A stretch of 63,707 nucleotides of DNA, the filler included, from Octopus bimaculoides (Eukaryota): the NCBI RefSeq assembly GCF_001194135.2. It is 5 parts of 5 records of this genome, joined end to end, with 100 filler letters (N's around TTAATTAATTAA, not from the genome) between each part and the next. Parts side by side here need not be neighbours in the genome. Positions count along the whole stretch, not along the records: positions 21,033 to 40,260 come from NC_068986.1; positions 40,361 to 61,092 come from NC_069005.1; 3 more parts are not named here. One strand, 5' to 3'. The translations under genes were made by a program, and so were the position numbers. The notes beneath the pieces are model-generated. The model was not told the DNA's origin. It saw nothing but the letters and a program-made list of their open reading frames with translations, and searched no databases. Positions 33,771 through 46,197 of this stretch are shown in pieces. How positions within the stretch are numbered: the stretch's first letter is position 1; each line of letters begins with the position of its first letter.

Positions 33771-35399
33771 GGGTTAGGGCTGCTCTGCATTGACAAGGAG
33801 CAACACCCTGAAACTAGTCTAGTCTGCAGATGCCAAACCAGCAAAGGGAAGCTGCTGACCTCTCCTGTTCGAAGGTTATAAAGGACACAGATTCGTGTGT
33901 CACATAGCTAGCTAGAGGCGATGGCCTCTTGGAGCTAATCCACGGCAGCATTCGTCCTATATTTGGGACACCCATGTTGGCTTGGCGATAATTATTAATA
34001 TGTATATACATATGTATGCATATATATATAGACGTATATATGTCTATAGGTGTATGTATATATGTATGTATGTATATATATGTATATATGTGTATATATG
34101 TATGTATATGTGTATGTATGNNNNNNNNNNNNNNNNNNNNNNNNNNNNNNNNNNNNNNNNNNNNNNNNNNNNNNNNNNNNNNNNNNNNNNNNNNNNNNNN
34201 NNNNNNNNNNNNNNNNNNNNNNNNNNNNNNNNNNNNNNNNNNNNNNNNNNNNNNNNNNNNNNNNNNNNNNNNNNNNNNNNNNNNNNNNNNNNNNNNNNNN
34301 NNNNNNNNNNNNNNNNNNNNNNNNNNNNNNNNNNNNNNNNNNNNNNNNNNNNNNNNNNNNNNNNNNNNNNNNNNNNNNNNNNNNNNNNNNNNNNNNNNNN
34401 NNNNNNNNNNNNNNNNNNNNNNNNNNNNNNNNNNNNNNNNNNNNNNNNNNNNNNNNNNNNNNNNNNNNNNNNNNNNNNNNNNNNNNNNNNNNNNNNNNNN
34501 NNNNNNNNNNNNNNNNNNNNNNNNNNNNNNNNNNNNNNNNNNNNNNNNNNNNNNNNNNNNNNNNNNNNNNNNNNNNNNNNNNNNNNNNNNNNNNNNNNNN
34601 NNNNNNNNNNNNNNNNNNNNNNNNNNNNNNNNNNNNNNNNNNNNNNNNNNNNNNNNNNNNNNNNNNNNNNNNNNNNNNNNNNNNNNNNNNNNNNNNNNNN
34701 NNNNNNNNNNNNNNNNNNNNNNNNNNNNNNNNNNNNNNNNNNNNNNNNNNNNNNNNNNNNNNNNNNNNNNNNNNNNNNNNNNNNNNNNNNNNNNNNNNNN
34801 NNNNNNNNNNNNNNNNNNNNNNNNNNNNNNNNNNNNNNNNNNNNNNNNNNNNNNNNNNNNNNNNNNNNNNNNNNACATCTCATTCTCATTTCTCTACCAC
34901 CACAGTGAAATACAACTTACTTATCAATACGGGGCAATGGAACATGGTAACAGATATTAAACAGATAATACCTTCTCAAGCGAAATCTATTGTCATCCAC
35001 TTCACCTCTCACCTTCCCAGTGTACGGGCAGCACCACTTGGGCAGAAAAAATTTACTCCAAAATTTTAGTCATTTTTTATTATCCAAAAATACGTCAAAA
35101 GTACTGAATGGATCATTATGAAATTTGTAAATTATATTCTATGCTTAAAGGCCATAACCCCCATGAAAATTCATATATTTTTCATGTTGATGAAATGTTA
35201 ACCATACATATTACACGCAAATAAAGTAATATTTATAACATTTCAATTTCTTAGAAGTTACAAATACCCTTTCATGGGGACTTCACACCCACACTTTACT
35301 CATTTTTCCTAAGCAAACACGAATACAGTTGTACTTTTACATTGAAACTATACTCTCACATATACAGAGGCATACATACATATATACATACATACATGC

Positions 35400-35850
35400 A
35401 TATATATATCGGCACAAATGTAACGAGAATGTGTCTGTCTCTTTGTGTGAATCCCTAACACTCGAGAACTACACAACCAATTTCATTCAAATTTTACACA
35501 TGCCTTACTTATGAACCCTTTCCCTATCCAATCTAAATGGCAGACCAGACATGCCTTCACAAACAATACCCAGAATTCATGTCCACACAAACGATAACTT
35601 TCCCAACGCATTTCATTAACACTTTCTCCTTTGCTATTACCATTTCTCTCGCCATACCTTTCACAACTGTTTCCAGTTTCATGTCATAACACTAACATCA
35701 TTTTATTTGACACATTTACCGTTCTAATACCACTTCATTATTACCGCAGCATTTGCAAGTTTGCAACTTATCTACACTTACATAATAACCATTCCATTAA
35801 TATTTCATACTTCACAGTGTACTCACTGCATTTCATCATGCTTATTTTAG
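35400..35850 (+). mobile_element. Probable Helitron 5' non-coding region with a splice-acceptor-like site before the ATG
   Basis: TGTGTCTGTCTCTTTGTGTG...CTCGAGAACTACACAACCAATTTCATTCAAATTTTACAC resembles Helitron/HINE subterminal sequence. CTTATTTTAG at 35841-35850 lies just before ATG 35854. Confidence 0.5.
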
Positions 35851-35853
35851 ATC

Positions 35854-37760
35854 ATGCCCCGAAGAAAGACTTCTTCAATTGGACGCAAAACTGCGAAAGG
35901 TGCAACATCATCAGCAAGAAGGGCAAATGAATCGTCGTTGGAAACTGACATTAGACGATCACAAAATGCTGAACGTACAGCCACTTCAAGAGCACTCCAA
36001 ACAGATCACCAGCGTACACTTTGACGAACTGCTAATGCTGCCTCAACTGCTGCTGCACGAGCTGCAGAGACTGAACACCAGCGTAAAGTACGACGAACTG
36101 CTGATCCTGCCTCAACTGCTGCCGCACGGGCTGCAGAGACTGAACACCAGCGTCAAATTCGACGAACTGCTGTTGCTGCCTCAACTGCTGCTGCATGTGC
36201 TGCAGAGAAGAAAAAAAAAAACCTGCTACATGACTGCTCAGGAATGCTGTGCGAGCCTCCCAGACATTACAACAAACATATATTATGCTGCAGAGTTCCA
36301 TTCAACAAAGAGCTCATAGACGAGGATTTTCAACGCCATGCAACTCACGATGGTTATTAAAGGCTTTCAGCTACAACCCTAACATTCAATATGATGGCCA
36401 CCCAGATATAAACATTGGAGATATGTCCATCACTTGCTCTTTCTGCAATGTTAATAAGTGGTCCAGAGAAACTCCTGCTATGTGTTGCGCTAATGGAAAA
36501 GTTAACCTCACTCTGCTACAGGATCCACCACAGCTGTTAAAGTCACTCTACGATGGCACAAATACAGAGTCGAAACATTTCCTAAATAACATCCGCAAGT
36601 ACAATTGTGCATTCCAAATGACATCCTTCGGCGCTAATGTTGTTCAAGAAGATGGGTTTATGCCAACTTTCAAAGTGCAGGGACAGGTTTACCATAGGGC
36701 AGGATCGCTCGAACCTGCTGAAAATCAAGATCCTCAATTCCTTCAACTGTACTTTGTAGGTAATTTACATGAACAAGCCACCCGACGAAACTCCATTTCC
36801 AATGGCACTAAATTTCAATTGATAATGCAACTGCAAGACCTGCTGCACCAGACAAACAGCTACGTATGCAGCTTCAAGTATGCCTTGTAAACAGAAGCTT
36901 CTTCTAATTTCAATGTTGTCATAGATGCTCATAAAAGACCATCTACAGAACATGCAGGCCGTTACAATGCACCCACATGCAATGAAATAGCTGTACTCCT
37001 TCACGGTGAACAGCACAATCCCAGAGACATTGTCCTTAGGCGACGTGACACCACCCTCCAACGAATTACCGAAACACACAGATCATACGACACACTTCAG
37101 TATCCACTTCTGTTTGTTTACGGTGAGGATGGCTACCACATCGTTATACAACAGCAACATCCACAAAATCGTCATGAATATCTGAACTAGCAAGTATCCT
37201 GCATGGACTTCTACTTATTCCGATTTATGACGCGAAACTACTCCTGTAATCACCTCCACCAGTCTCAAGATCTGTTTCATCAATTTGCAGTTGATATGTG
37301 TGCAAAAATGGAATCAGAGAGATTGTGTTTCATCAGATCACATCAACAAAAATTGCGCTCTGACAGCTACATCCATCTCCGAGATGCTATCAACAATGAT
37401 GCTGCTCCAACAAGCATAGGAAGACTTTGCATCTTGCCTTCCACATTCACTGGAAGTTCCCGATATATGCATGAAAGAACACAGGATGCAATGACCTTTG
37501 TCCGCCATTACGGCAGGCCTGACTTATTCATCACTTTCACATGCAATCCCAAGCGGAAGGAGATTCAGGCCGAACTCTTCTTCGGTCAAAAGCCTAAAGA
37601 CAGGCATGACATCCTCGCCCGAGTTTTCCATCTGAAATTAATTACTCTCATGGACCTCATCAAAATAGGGCAAATCTTCGGACCCATACAGTGTGACATG
37701 TACACAATCGAATGGCAAAAAAGGGACTTCCACATGCTCATATCCTGCTTTGGCTCTCAA
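35854..37760 (+). pseudogene. Helitron RepHel pseudogene (N-terminal repeats, Zn-binding region, helitron-like N domain, Rep motif 1 and HUH motif 2), truncated before the helicase
   Basis: MPRRKTSSIGRKT start; CSFCNVNKWSRETPAMCCANGKV; FLNNIRKYNCAFQMTSFG; FKVQGQVYHRAGSL; YDTLQYPLLF..GEDGY; LPSTFTGSSRYMHERTQDAMTFVRHYGRPDLFITFTCNP; RHDILARVF; YTIEWQKR, then +1 frameshift GLPHAHILLWL. ORFs 36249-36890 and 37203-37766 share a frame, separated by in-frame stops. Confidence 0.95.
36005..36207 (+). repeat. 69-bp coding tandem repeat x3 in the Helitron N-terminus
   Basis: The unit encodes ETEHQRKVRRTADPASTAAARAA (23 aa) in the frame of ATG 35854. Confidence 0.85.
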
Positions 37761-37865
37761 CGATAATTATTAATATCCAGTACCGCTGCTGTATTCTCCT
37801 TTAGAGAGACTTAGAAATATTAATATCTCTATTTATGTATATACATATATAAACATATATAGATA

Positions 37866-38288
37866 TGTAGGAAAGTGGTTATACGCCATTAGGTGTATAC
37901 CCGCTTCCGTACATTAAATTTCTTGAAGAAACAACGGAATGCAGATTCTGAACTATCAACACAACAATATTTATTTACAGAGGAAATAGGCAGCACTTCG
38001 CCCATTTGGTTGCTGAGACGCCGTCAATGATGTTGGTGGTTATTTGTCTAGCTCCAGAGTTGGAATGTTGGAAAGAGCTGTCTCCAGAGTTGGAATGTTG
38101 GAGAGAGACTGCTTGTACGTCTGGGTTCTTCGCCGGCCGGCGAGAAAAGAGAATGATTAAGGGCGCAAAGCTTGAATATCGAATGACCACGCATGCGCAC
38201 GGGACTCTTCCTGTATCCCTTCCGGAACTAGTCCCTGCGCATGCGTGGATAAGCTTTCCGGAATGTCTGCTATTAAGGCGTTACTACA
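37866..38288. mobile_element. Probable LTR (about 423 bp) of an LTR retrotransposon
   Basis: Termini TGTAG...CTACA, AATAAA on the minus strand about 110 bp from its end, an internal tandem duplication (38051-38107) and a GC-rich hairpin. No TSD; the adjacent TGGCTCCCC is PBS-like on + or PPT-like on -. Confidence 0.55.
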
Positions 38289-40944
38289 TGGCTCCCCCGC
38301 GCGAGTGCCGAAAGCACGAAAATAGAAAATTTGGAGGGACACCTGAGGCAAGATGGCTACCAAAACCACCCACAAGATGTGGCACAAACACACACAAAAA
38401 AAAAATCAAAGAAATGAATGTACACTTGTGAGATACATGCATGCAATGTACAAATGAATTGACAATGACAAAACAACCGTGATGACAACTGTCCAGAAAA
38501 CTGGAATCACGCGATGTAAAAGTCTGAGTTGGCTTTCTTTCCGAATTACTTTGAAGGAATTCATACGATTATGAAAAAAGGAAAATTTTGTGTGTGATTT
38601 AAGGCCTAGCTAGCTGGAGTTTTTTTGGGTATTTTTTAGCACCACCACCTGACGCCTTGCCTCGTTTCTTTGTCACTCTCACATATATTACTGTTCTGTT
38701 ATTTTCCGTAAGAAAAAGAATTATAGGATTACGGGTTAAAAATTTACCAAAATATTTTCTTGTTCATAATCGTATGAATTCACGTGTGTAAAACAAAAAT
38801 TCGACATAACTTTCTGAAAATTCCATAAAATAAAAAAAGTTACGAGGACTTATATTGACTTTTAAAGCAGACTCCGGAAATTTTTTTCCCTTTTCTTACA
38901 TGTTCAAGAAAAATAAAAGCTTTAATGCAAACCAAAGATTGTCACTTACCTTCTATAATATTCACTTGCATGGCTTTCATCATGTATACTAAGATGACTT
39001 GGTTAATATAGATATCTTTTCTTGACGCTGTCACGGTATCAGCTGTGAAAAGTTAACAATTTGCATAAGCAGTTTAGTCATGTGACAATTTCTATATCTA
39101 GTTGTGTTTCTGCGCGTTTGGGACCGTGCTGCTTTAGTAGTACCTGGAATTTTCTCGATGTGAACTTTCCAGTGCAGTAATTAGATTCTTTTAATTCCGT
39201 TTACTTTGTGTGATTTAAGGGAGATTTGGCTGTTGTTTCTAGCAACTTTTATATTTCTTCCCTTCCACCTATAAATACTTATAATTAAGTTATAAGTAAC
39301 GAAATTATCATTATAGCGTTTAATTAATAAACAATAATATTCGTTATAACTTACGAATGAAAACATTATAAATAAAGATATAGTATATCTCACATTTCAA
39401 CGACCAACATAAAAAAACTGGTGTCCGACCTTTTATACACATAAAATTAGCTTTAATGCAAACAAAAGATTGCCGCTTACCTTTTGCAATATTCACTCAA
39501 CGATTTTTTTCTTTTCTTTCCTCTGTCTATCTTTATTTAGTCTCTTTTCAACTTATTCTTCTTCACTTTGTCATTTCTGTCAATCCTCTTCTCTCTCTCT
39601 GTCCGCTACTCTCTTTATATCTTTCTTTCTCTCTCCCCCTCTTTCTCTCACTTTTCGTTTGCATTTCCATCTTACACTCACCCTCCTACTACTTCTATCA
39701 TTGCCTCTCTTTCGCTTCCACCTCCATCTTCCGTACCCTTCTTCCCTGTCTACTTTGCCTATTCTTCTCTACCGTCTCTTCATTCTGGAGATCATTCTCA
39801 AGTTAAATTTACCACCATGTTCGAATTCTCATTAATTCATTAAATTAGTAATGATGATGATGAAGATGATGATATACATACATACACACCTTACATATAT
39901 ACCGCCCACACACATGACAAACATACATGCGCGCCCTCACACACACATATAGACGAACGCACATATACACACACACACACGCACAGTGGTAGAGATACAC
40001 ACCTTACACAGCCTTATACACAAACAGACACACACACATATATACAGTCCAAAGCCAATCACACACAGCAGCCATCGAAACCAATTACTTGTGCACTGGA
40101 GTATTTGTTTCGATGAAAGAACAACATACTCGACAGTTTTCCTTGCGTTTGGCCTTGATAGCCTTTCGCAACTGCCTTAGAAAGGTGGCACAGTACAGCA
40201 CTCTCCATTGATGGTGAGAGCCTTTGAAAATAGTCAATAAACACGATGCTTTTTGCAATCNNNNNNNNNNNNNNNNNNNNNNNNNNNNNNNNNNNNNNNN
40301 NNNNTTAATTAATTAANNNNNNNNNNNNNNNNNNNNNNNNNNNNNNNNNNNNNNNNNNNNGCATTGAGTTGCTTCTCCAACATACTGAAAATTTAGAAAT
40401 AGCAGTCAAAGAACTACTGATTCTAAACTACAAATTTTTCTCTAAATGGATGGCGATGTTTATGCTTTCCCCTCCGGTTTTATATATATATATATATATG
40501 TTGCCTTCGAAACGCGGAGTAGATGGAACAGGGACAACTGACGAAGGGGTATACTCTTTATGTTGCATGTCTCGTTTCTCTGTTTTTTTCGTCGTTCGAA
40601 AAAAATTCGTTTTCTATGTTTTCGTTTCTCATTGTGTTTAACGTTTTTTTGATGTCCTGTACCCATATATGCATGTATGTATACATATAGATGTAGGTAT
40701 GTACATATATGCATGGATATATGCATATATTTATCTATTATTCATATTATTATATGATCGATGGCCACGCATCCTTTTCCAATTAAGTTTTATCTATACA
40801 TATGTTTATATATATACATAAGCTATATATATATATATTATCTGTGTATTCACATATATAGTTTATTTACAATTTTCAGGTAGGCGCAGACTGTAGAAGC
40901 GTTTCCAAAGGTAAACATCAGGATTATCTTATTCCAACTGAATC

Positions 40945-40984
<40 letters not shown>

Positions 40985-41137
40985 GTTTCAATTATTCAAA
41001 AGCCAATACAAATTAAATTGTTGTTTTGTCTTCCTTCTCGTGTCACTCCTATATTTTCAAATTGTATTGTATTAGCTTTCCAGCAATTTTTAACTTTAAA
41101 TATCGCACACAATACGTCACTCAACTACACTACACCA

Positions 41138-41172
<35 letters not shown>

Positions 41173-42634
41173 TGTATTATGTTTTTAAACTTCATTTGAA
41201 AGATCATTCAATACACTGAAGTGGAGTATTATTTATATATTTTTTATAGAAAGTGAAAGATGAAGGTTACTTCNNNNNNNNNNNNNNNNNNNNNNNNNNN
41301 NNNNNNNNNNNNNNNNNNNNNNNNNNNNNNNNNNNNNNNNNNNNNNNNNNNNNNNNNNNNNNNNNNNNNNNNNNNNNNNNNNNNNNNNNNNNNNNNNNNN
41401 NNNNNNNNNNNNNNNNNNNNNNNNNNNNNNNNNNNNNNNNNNNNNNNNNNNNNNNNNNNNNNNNNNNNNNNNNNNNNNNNNNNNNNNNNNNNNNNNNNNN
41501 NNNNNNNNNNNNNNNNNNNNNNNNNNNNNNNNNNNNNNNNNNNNNNNNNNNNNNNNNNNNNNNNNNNNNNNNNNNNNNNNNNNNNNNNNNNNNNNNNNNN
41601 NNNNNNNNNNNNNNNNNNNNNNNNNNNNNNNNNNNNNNNNNNNNNNNNNNNNNNNNNNNNNNNNNNNNNNNNNNNNNNNNNNNNNNNNNNNNNNNNNNNN
41701 NNNNNNNNNNNNNNNNNNNNNNNNNNNNNNNNNNNNNNNNNNNNNNNNNNNNNNNNNNNNNNNNNNNNNNNNNNNNNNNNNNNNNNNNNNNNNNNNNNNN
41801 NNNNNNNNNNNNNNNNNNNNNNNNNNNNNNNNNNNNNNNNNNNNNNNNNNNNNNNNNNNNNNNNNNNNNNNNNNNNNNNNNNNNNNNNNNNNNNNNNNNN
41901 NNNNNNNNNNNNNNNNNNNNNNNNNNNNNNNNNNNNNNNNNNNNNNNNNNNNNNNNNNNNNNNNNNNNNNNNNNNNNNNATATATAACAGAGAGTACACT
42001 ATATATATATATATATATACACACACACGTATATACGAATGTATATATACATACGTATATACATATACGTATGTATTATATATATATATATATTTATGTA
42101 TTTATAATAGAGGGTACAGCTGTTTAATGCCAATTTTGCTTGCAACCACTTATTATTGTTGTTATTATTATCAATCATTTAAATTTACCAATGATATCTT
42201 TACGAGTATATATACATATACATACATACAGAGAGAGAGAGAGAGACATGAGGATTCTGTAGAGGAATTTATAGATAATGTGTGTCTGTGTGTAGGTATG
42301 TATCTTAACATGTATCACAAAGAATGAAAACACGAGATATGAGAGGTGGATATATATATATATATAAAATTATACCTACATGTTTGCATCAATTCGTATG
42401 CTCAGCATTACACAATACATTTGCATATTCACATAGTGATGCAAATACAGAAAGCTAACTCGTCAGATTACCGGAAATATTTATTGTTCGGATATCCTGG
42501 ATTTCCGCTTACATATTACATTAATACTACACGGTAATTGCTTAATACGTAAACTGATAGCCGATTGCGAAGGAGGAGCTTACTGTGAATGCTGCTTGAT
42601 TCTGTGGGTGCAACTTTTCTACTACTCTTTAACA

Positions 42635-42681
<47 letters not shown>

Positions 42682-43115
42682 CCATGTTTTAATGAATTAA
42701 AATGAGTACAAACTGTTAATGCCCAATTTTTTTCGCTTTGACTTCTTAAAATTTTTCTTTCAATATTTCATAAGATGGATACATCGAAACTGGTTATGTT
42801 TTAAATCACCCACTGTAACAAAAATATTAAACATTCTCTAGAATATACTTTTGTGCTTTTTCCAACCAAATTTACTTCCTTAACCATAACTCTTGATTTG
42901 TATGGACTCCTAACCTCTTATCAACTATATATATATATGTATATATATATGNNNNNNNNNNNNNNNNNNNNNNNNNNNNNNNNNNNNNNNNNNNNNNNNN
43001 NNNNNNNNNNNNNNNNNNNNNNNNNNNNNNNNNNNNNNNNNNNNNNNNNNNNNNNNNNNNNNNNNNNNNNNNNNNNNNNNNNNNNNNNNNNNNNNNNNNN
43101 NNNNNNNNNNNNNNN

Positions 43116-43172
<57 letters not shown>

Positions 43173-43740
43173 TATATATATATGTAAGATGAGGATATAA
43201 TCATAAAATGGTTGGATTATCCAATATTTATGTATTTTCTGGCTCATTCCCTCGCTTTCGTACCCGTGGTTGAATATAGAGAACAAATTGTAGAGGTGGA
43301 TTGTAGGTATTTGACACCGATTTCTAGCATTGGCGCTGGTCATTCCTAGTAGCCCTTAACTATAATTATATCTTTGTAATTATATACATGACTATATATA
43401 TATATATATATATGTTACATTACGCTCATATATTCTACTATATTTTTGTTCGCACATTCACACATATACAAAGCAACACGTTTTATACATGTTAACAAGT
43501 TCCTTAACGTGAAAAGTGAATGAATATGACAGGGTTGAGTATATAAACATATACACATGGCTTCGCGTATAACATCTTTCTGAATTTATATTTATATATA
43601 TATATATATATACACACCTACATCTCTCTTCGCCATTGATATGCCTTTCGATGTATGTTTACATAAACACACATATATCACGTTTTTGTGTGTCTATATG
43701 CCTATAGGAAACACTTTTTGTTTATGTAAATAAATCATAG

Positions 43741-43773
<33 letters not shown>

Positions 43774-43871
43774 CATGATTATAAAAAAAGGTATGGAGAA
43801 ATGTTATGTTTGTATTGAATGATCAATCGTATTTATATGGTAGATCACCCGAGGAATTCATCACTCTAGAT

Positions 43872-44100
43872 CAGTTATGGCCAACTTGCGGCCCGTGGGA
43901 CTCTCTGAATGGCACGCCTAAGGAAATATTCCTTGAAAAATCTTAGTAGTGCGGCCCGCTTTATGAATAGCCATGTCTCATTGATAGAGGTTGCGCATGT
44001 CTTTCTTCGAGAAGTAGGCCGTTTCATGTTTGAAAGCTCCGACGAAGCTATAAGGTGAAACTCAAGCACTCAACTATGAGTCCAACGTATAGCAGAAACA
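43872..44100 (+). mobile_element. hAT (Charlie/SPIN-like) terminal fragment
   Basis: CAGTTATGGCCAACTTGCGGCCCGTGGG resembles hAT ends of the CAG..ATGGCCAACC.GCGGCCCG type and is preceded by the 8-mer CTCTAGAT (43864-43871; NTCTAGAN). The partner end is not visible (gap follows). The right boundary is a guess. Confidence 0.65.
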
Positions 44101-44184
44101 GCTGCAAGCTAATGAAGTTCATAACAATTGTTTATTCTTTTGTCATCTCAAACTCTTACACACATACACATACCTGTATGTATG

Positions 44185-44215
<31 letters not shown>

Positions 44216-45009
44216 NNNNNNNNNNNNNNNNNNNNNNNNNNNNNNNNNNNNNNNNNNNNNNNNNNNNNNNNNNNNNNNNNNNNNNNNNNNNNNNNNNNNN
44301 NNNNNNNNNNNNNNNNNNNNNNNNNNNNNNNNNNNNNNNNNNNNNNNNNNNNNNNNNNNNNNNNNNNNNNNNNNNNNNNNNNNNNNNNNNNNNNNNNNNN
44401 NNNNNNNNNNNNNNNNNNNNNNNNNNNNNNNNNNNNNNNNNNNNNNNNNNNNNNNNNNNNNNNNNNNNNNNNNNNNNNNNNNNNNNNNNNNNNNNNNNNN
44501 NNNNNNNNNNNNNNNNNNNNNNNNNNNNNNNNNNNNNGGCATGGCAGCAGTCCAATGACCAAAACAAATTGGTCAAACTAATAAATTAAAGGTAGATGTA
44601 TATAACACGCAGGAATCGATTTATGATATTATGCGTGCCCTAATTACAGTTACTGAATGCCGAGTGGGGTGGGAGTGAGGCTCCGTAGGTGGAGCAAGCT
44701 AGGGCAACGATTCTTGTATGTATATATATATATATATATATATACATATATATAAGCCTCTGCGTGTGTGTATATGCGTTTGTTTTGTTGAGTTGTTACA
44801 GCATAAAAGTACAAGAGAAGAGGGAGTGGGGTGGGAAATATGGCGGCATGGTCAGCCAGTTGGTCGATCGATAGATCGGCTAGTTTGCATATTTGTTACA
44901 GGTTCGTTTATTTAATAAGTGTCGTGGGATTTGATTGCAGAACAACGGACTACGGAGTGATTTACAACAGCGACGACGACAGTGATGATGATGATGATAA
45001 TGATGGTGA

Positions 45010-45210
45010 TTTAAAAAAATTTTGGCACAAGGCCAGCAACTTTGAGGGGGAGGGTGCAAGTCGGTCAGATCAACCTCCACTCCACTCCACTCCACCACTG
45101 GTTGTAGTAACCGAGTTGCTGGTTTTCTTTATCTCATCGACTGCAAAACGATGAAAAGGTAAAGCTGACTGACCTCGGCCGGATTTGAACGCAAAACGTC
45201 AAAGGTGGAA
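45010..45210 (-). mobile_element. Degenerate SINE family A (alternative tail)
   Basis: AAATTTTGGCACAAGGCCAGCAACTTTGAGGGGGAGGG...GACCTCGGCCGGATTTGAAC. Confidence 0.6.
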
Positions 45211-45389
45211 ATAATGATAATGATAAGGATTTCTTTGTTTACAGCCACAAGGGGAGAAGGATAAGAGATGGACAAAACAGAGACAGGTTATAAAATGTGT
45301 GGGTGGTTTTTACAATGAAATTTAACAGAGTATGATGATGTATCAACAGTATACAAAATATAGTAACGCACCACCAAGTCCACAGGTTC

Positions 45390-46140
45390 GAAATGGCTCC
45401 GATTAATAAATACAAGTCCCCTCTCTTGGATGCCCCCCGCCAACCCGGCCTACAAAGAGTAGGTTCATGTATTCGGTTATGTATTTCAATCTTCTATCTA
45501 TCTTTCAGGACATTTAATGGAGCGGGTCGCTCCTCCTCTTCGTCCTCTCTTTCTCCTTCAAGTGGAACTTGCAAAAAAAGTCGATGTGGTCTTGGCTGAC
45601 TAAGAGTTTGTCCTCAATCCTTTCAGTTGCGTCCAACACTTAAGAATTGTCTCTATAGCTATTAGGCAGGAAAGCGGTCTGCTCTTTCCAGTGGAAAGTA
45701 GGACGGATCCGGGTTTTTTCGGCCGAGTCCAATGGCACAATGGATTCGTCCTGCATTCGACAACAGCGGTTCGACGGAACTCAACAAGTCAGCGATATTC
45801 AGACAATGAACGAGTAACAGTTTCGTCTCGCTAACCACATCTTGTATAGGCAATGCACCCACGCCATGTCAAAGATTTCTGGAAGTTATCCATAGTTCCC
45901 AATCTGAAAAGTTCTCCGGAACAAACCAGTCAGTTAATTATTGTCCATGTCTCATTAGCCCGAGAGCATAATTCGTTCTTTTCCATTACTAAGCTCTCTC
46001 GAGACAGTTAACCTGGAAAATCCATGGATCACATTAGCCGACAGACAGAGGGCAGCCAACATCACACCGAGCTATGTAAAGTAATAAGCGAGTAATCTCT
46101 GCACTACAATGACTATTTACATCCGAATCCACAACTGAGA
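45390..46140 (-). mobile_element. Degenerate L1/Tx1-like LINE ORF2 C-terminus
   Basis: Fragments MDNFQKSLTW, GALPIQD, LVHCLNIADLLSSVEPLLSNAGRIH, WTQLKGLRT and FCKFHLKEK appear in the order expected for the post-RT Cys-rich and terminal region of Tx1-type elements. Heavily broken. Confidence 0.55.
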
Positions 46141-46158
46141 ACTTCTTTTTCTTCAAAA

Positions 46159-46197
<39 letters not shown>

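Noticed and set aside
35879-36319. 146-aa ORF with LLLPQLLLHELQRLNTSV repeats, and the antisense Gln-rich ORF 36032-36301
   Set aside because: Shadow frames of the Helitron 69-bp repeat; the homologous frame starts at 35854.
44025-44070. Hammerhead-like string CCGACGA-AGCTATAAGGT-GAAACTC
   Set aside because: The core has U4C, stem II is weak and stem I does not pair next to the core; not supportable without more copies.
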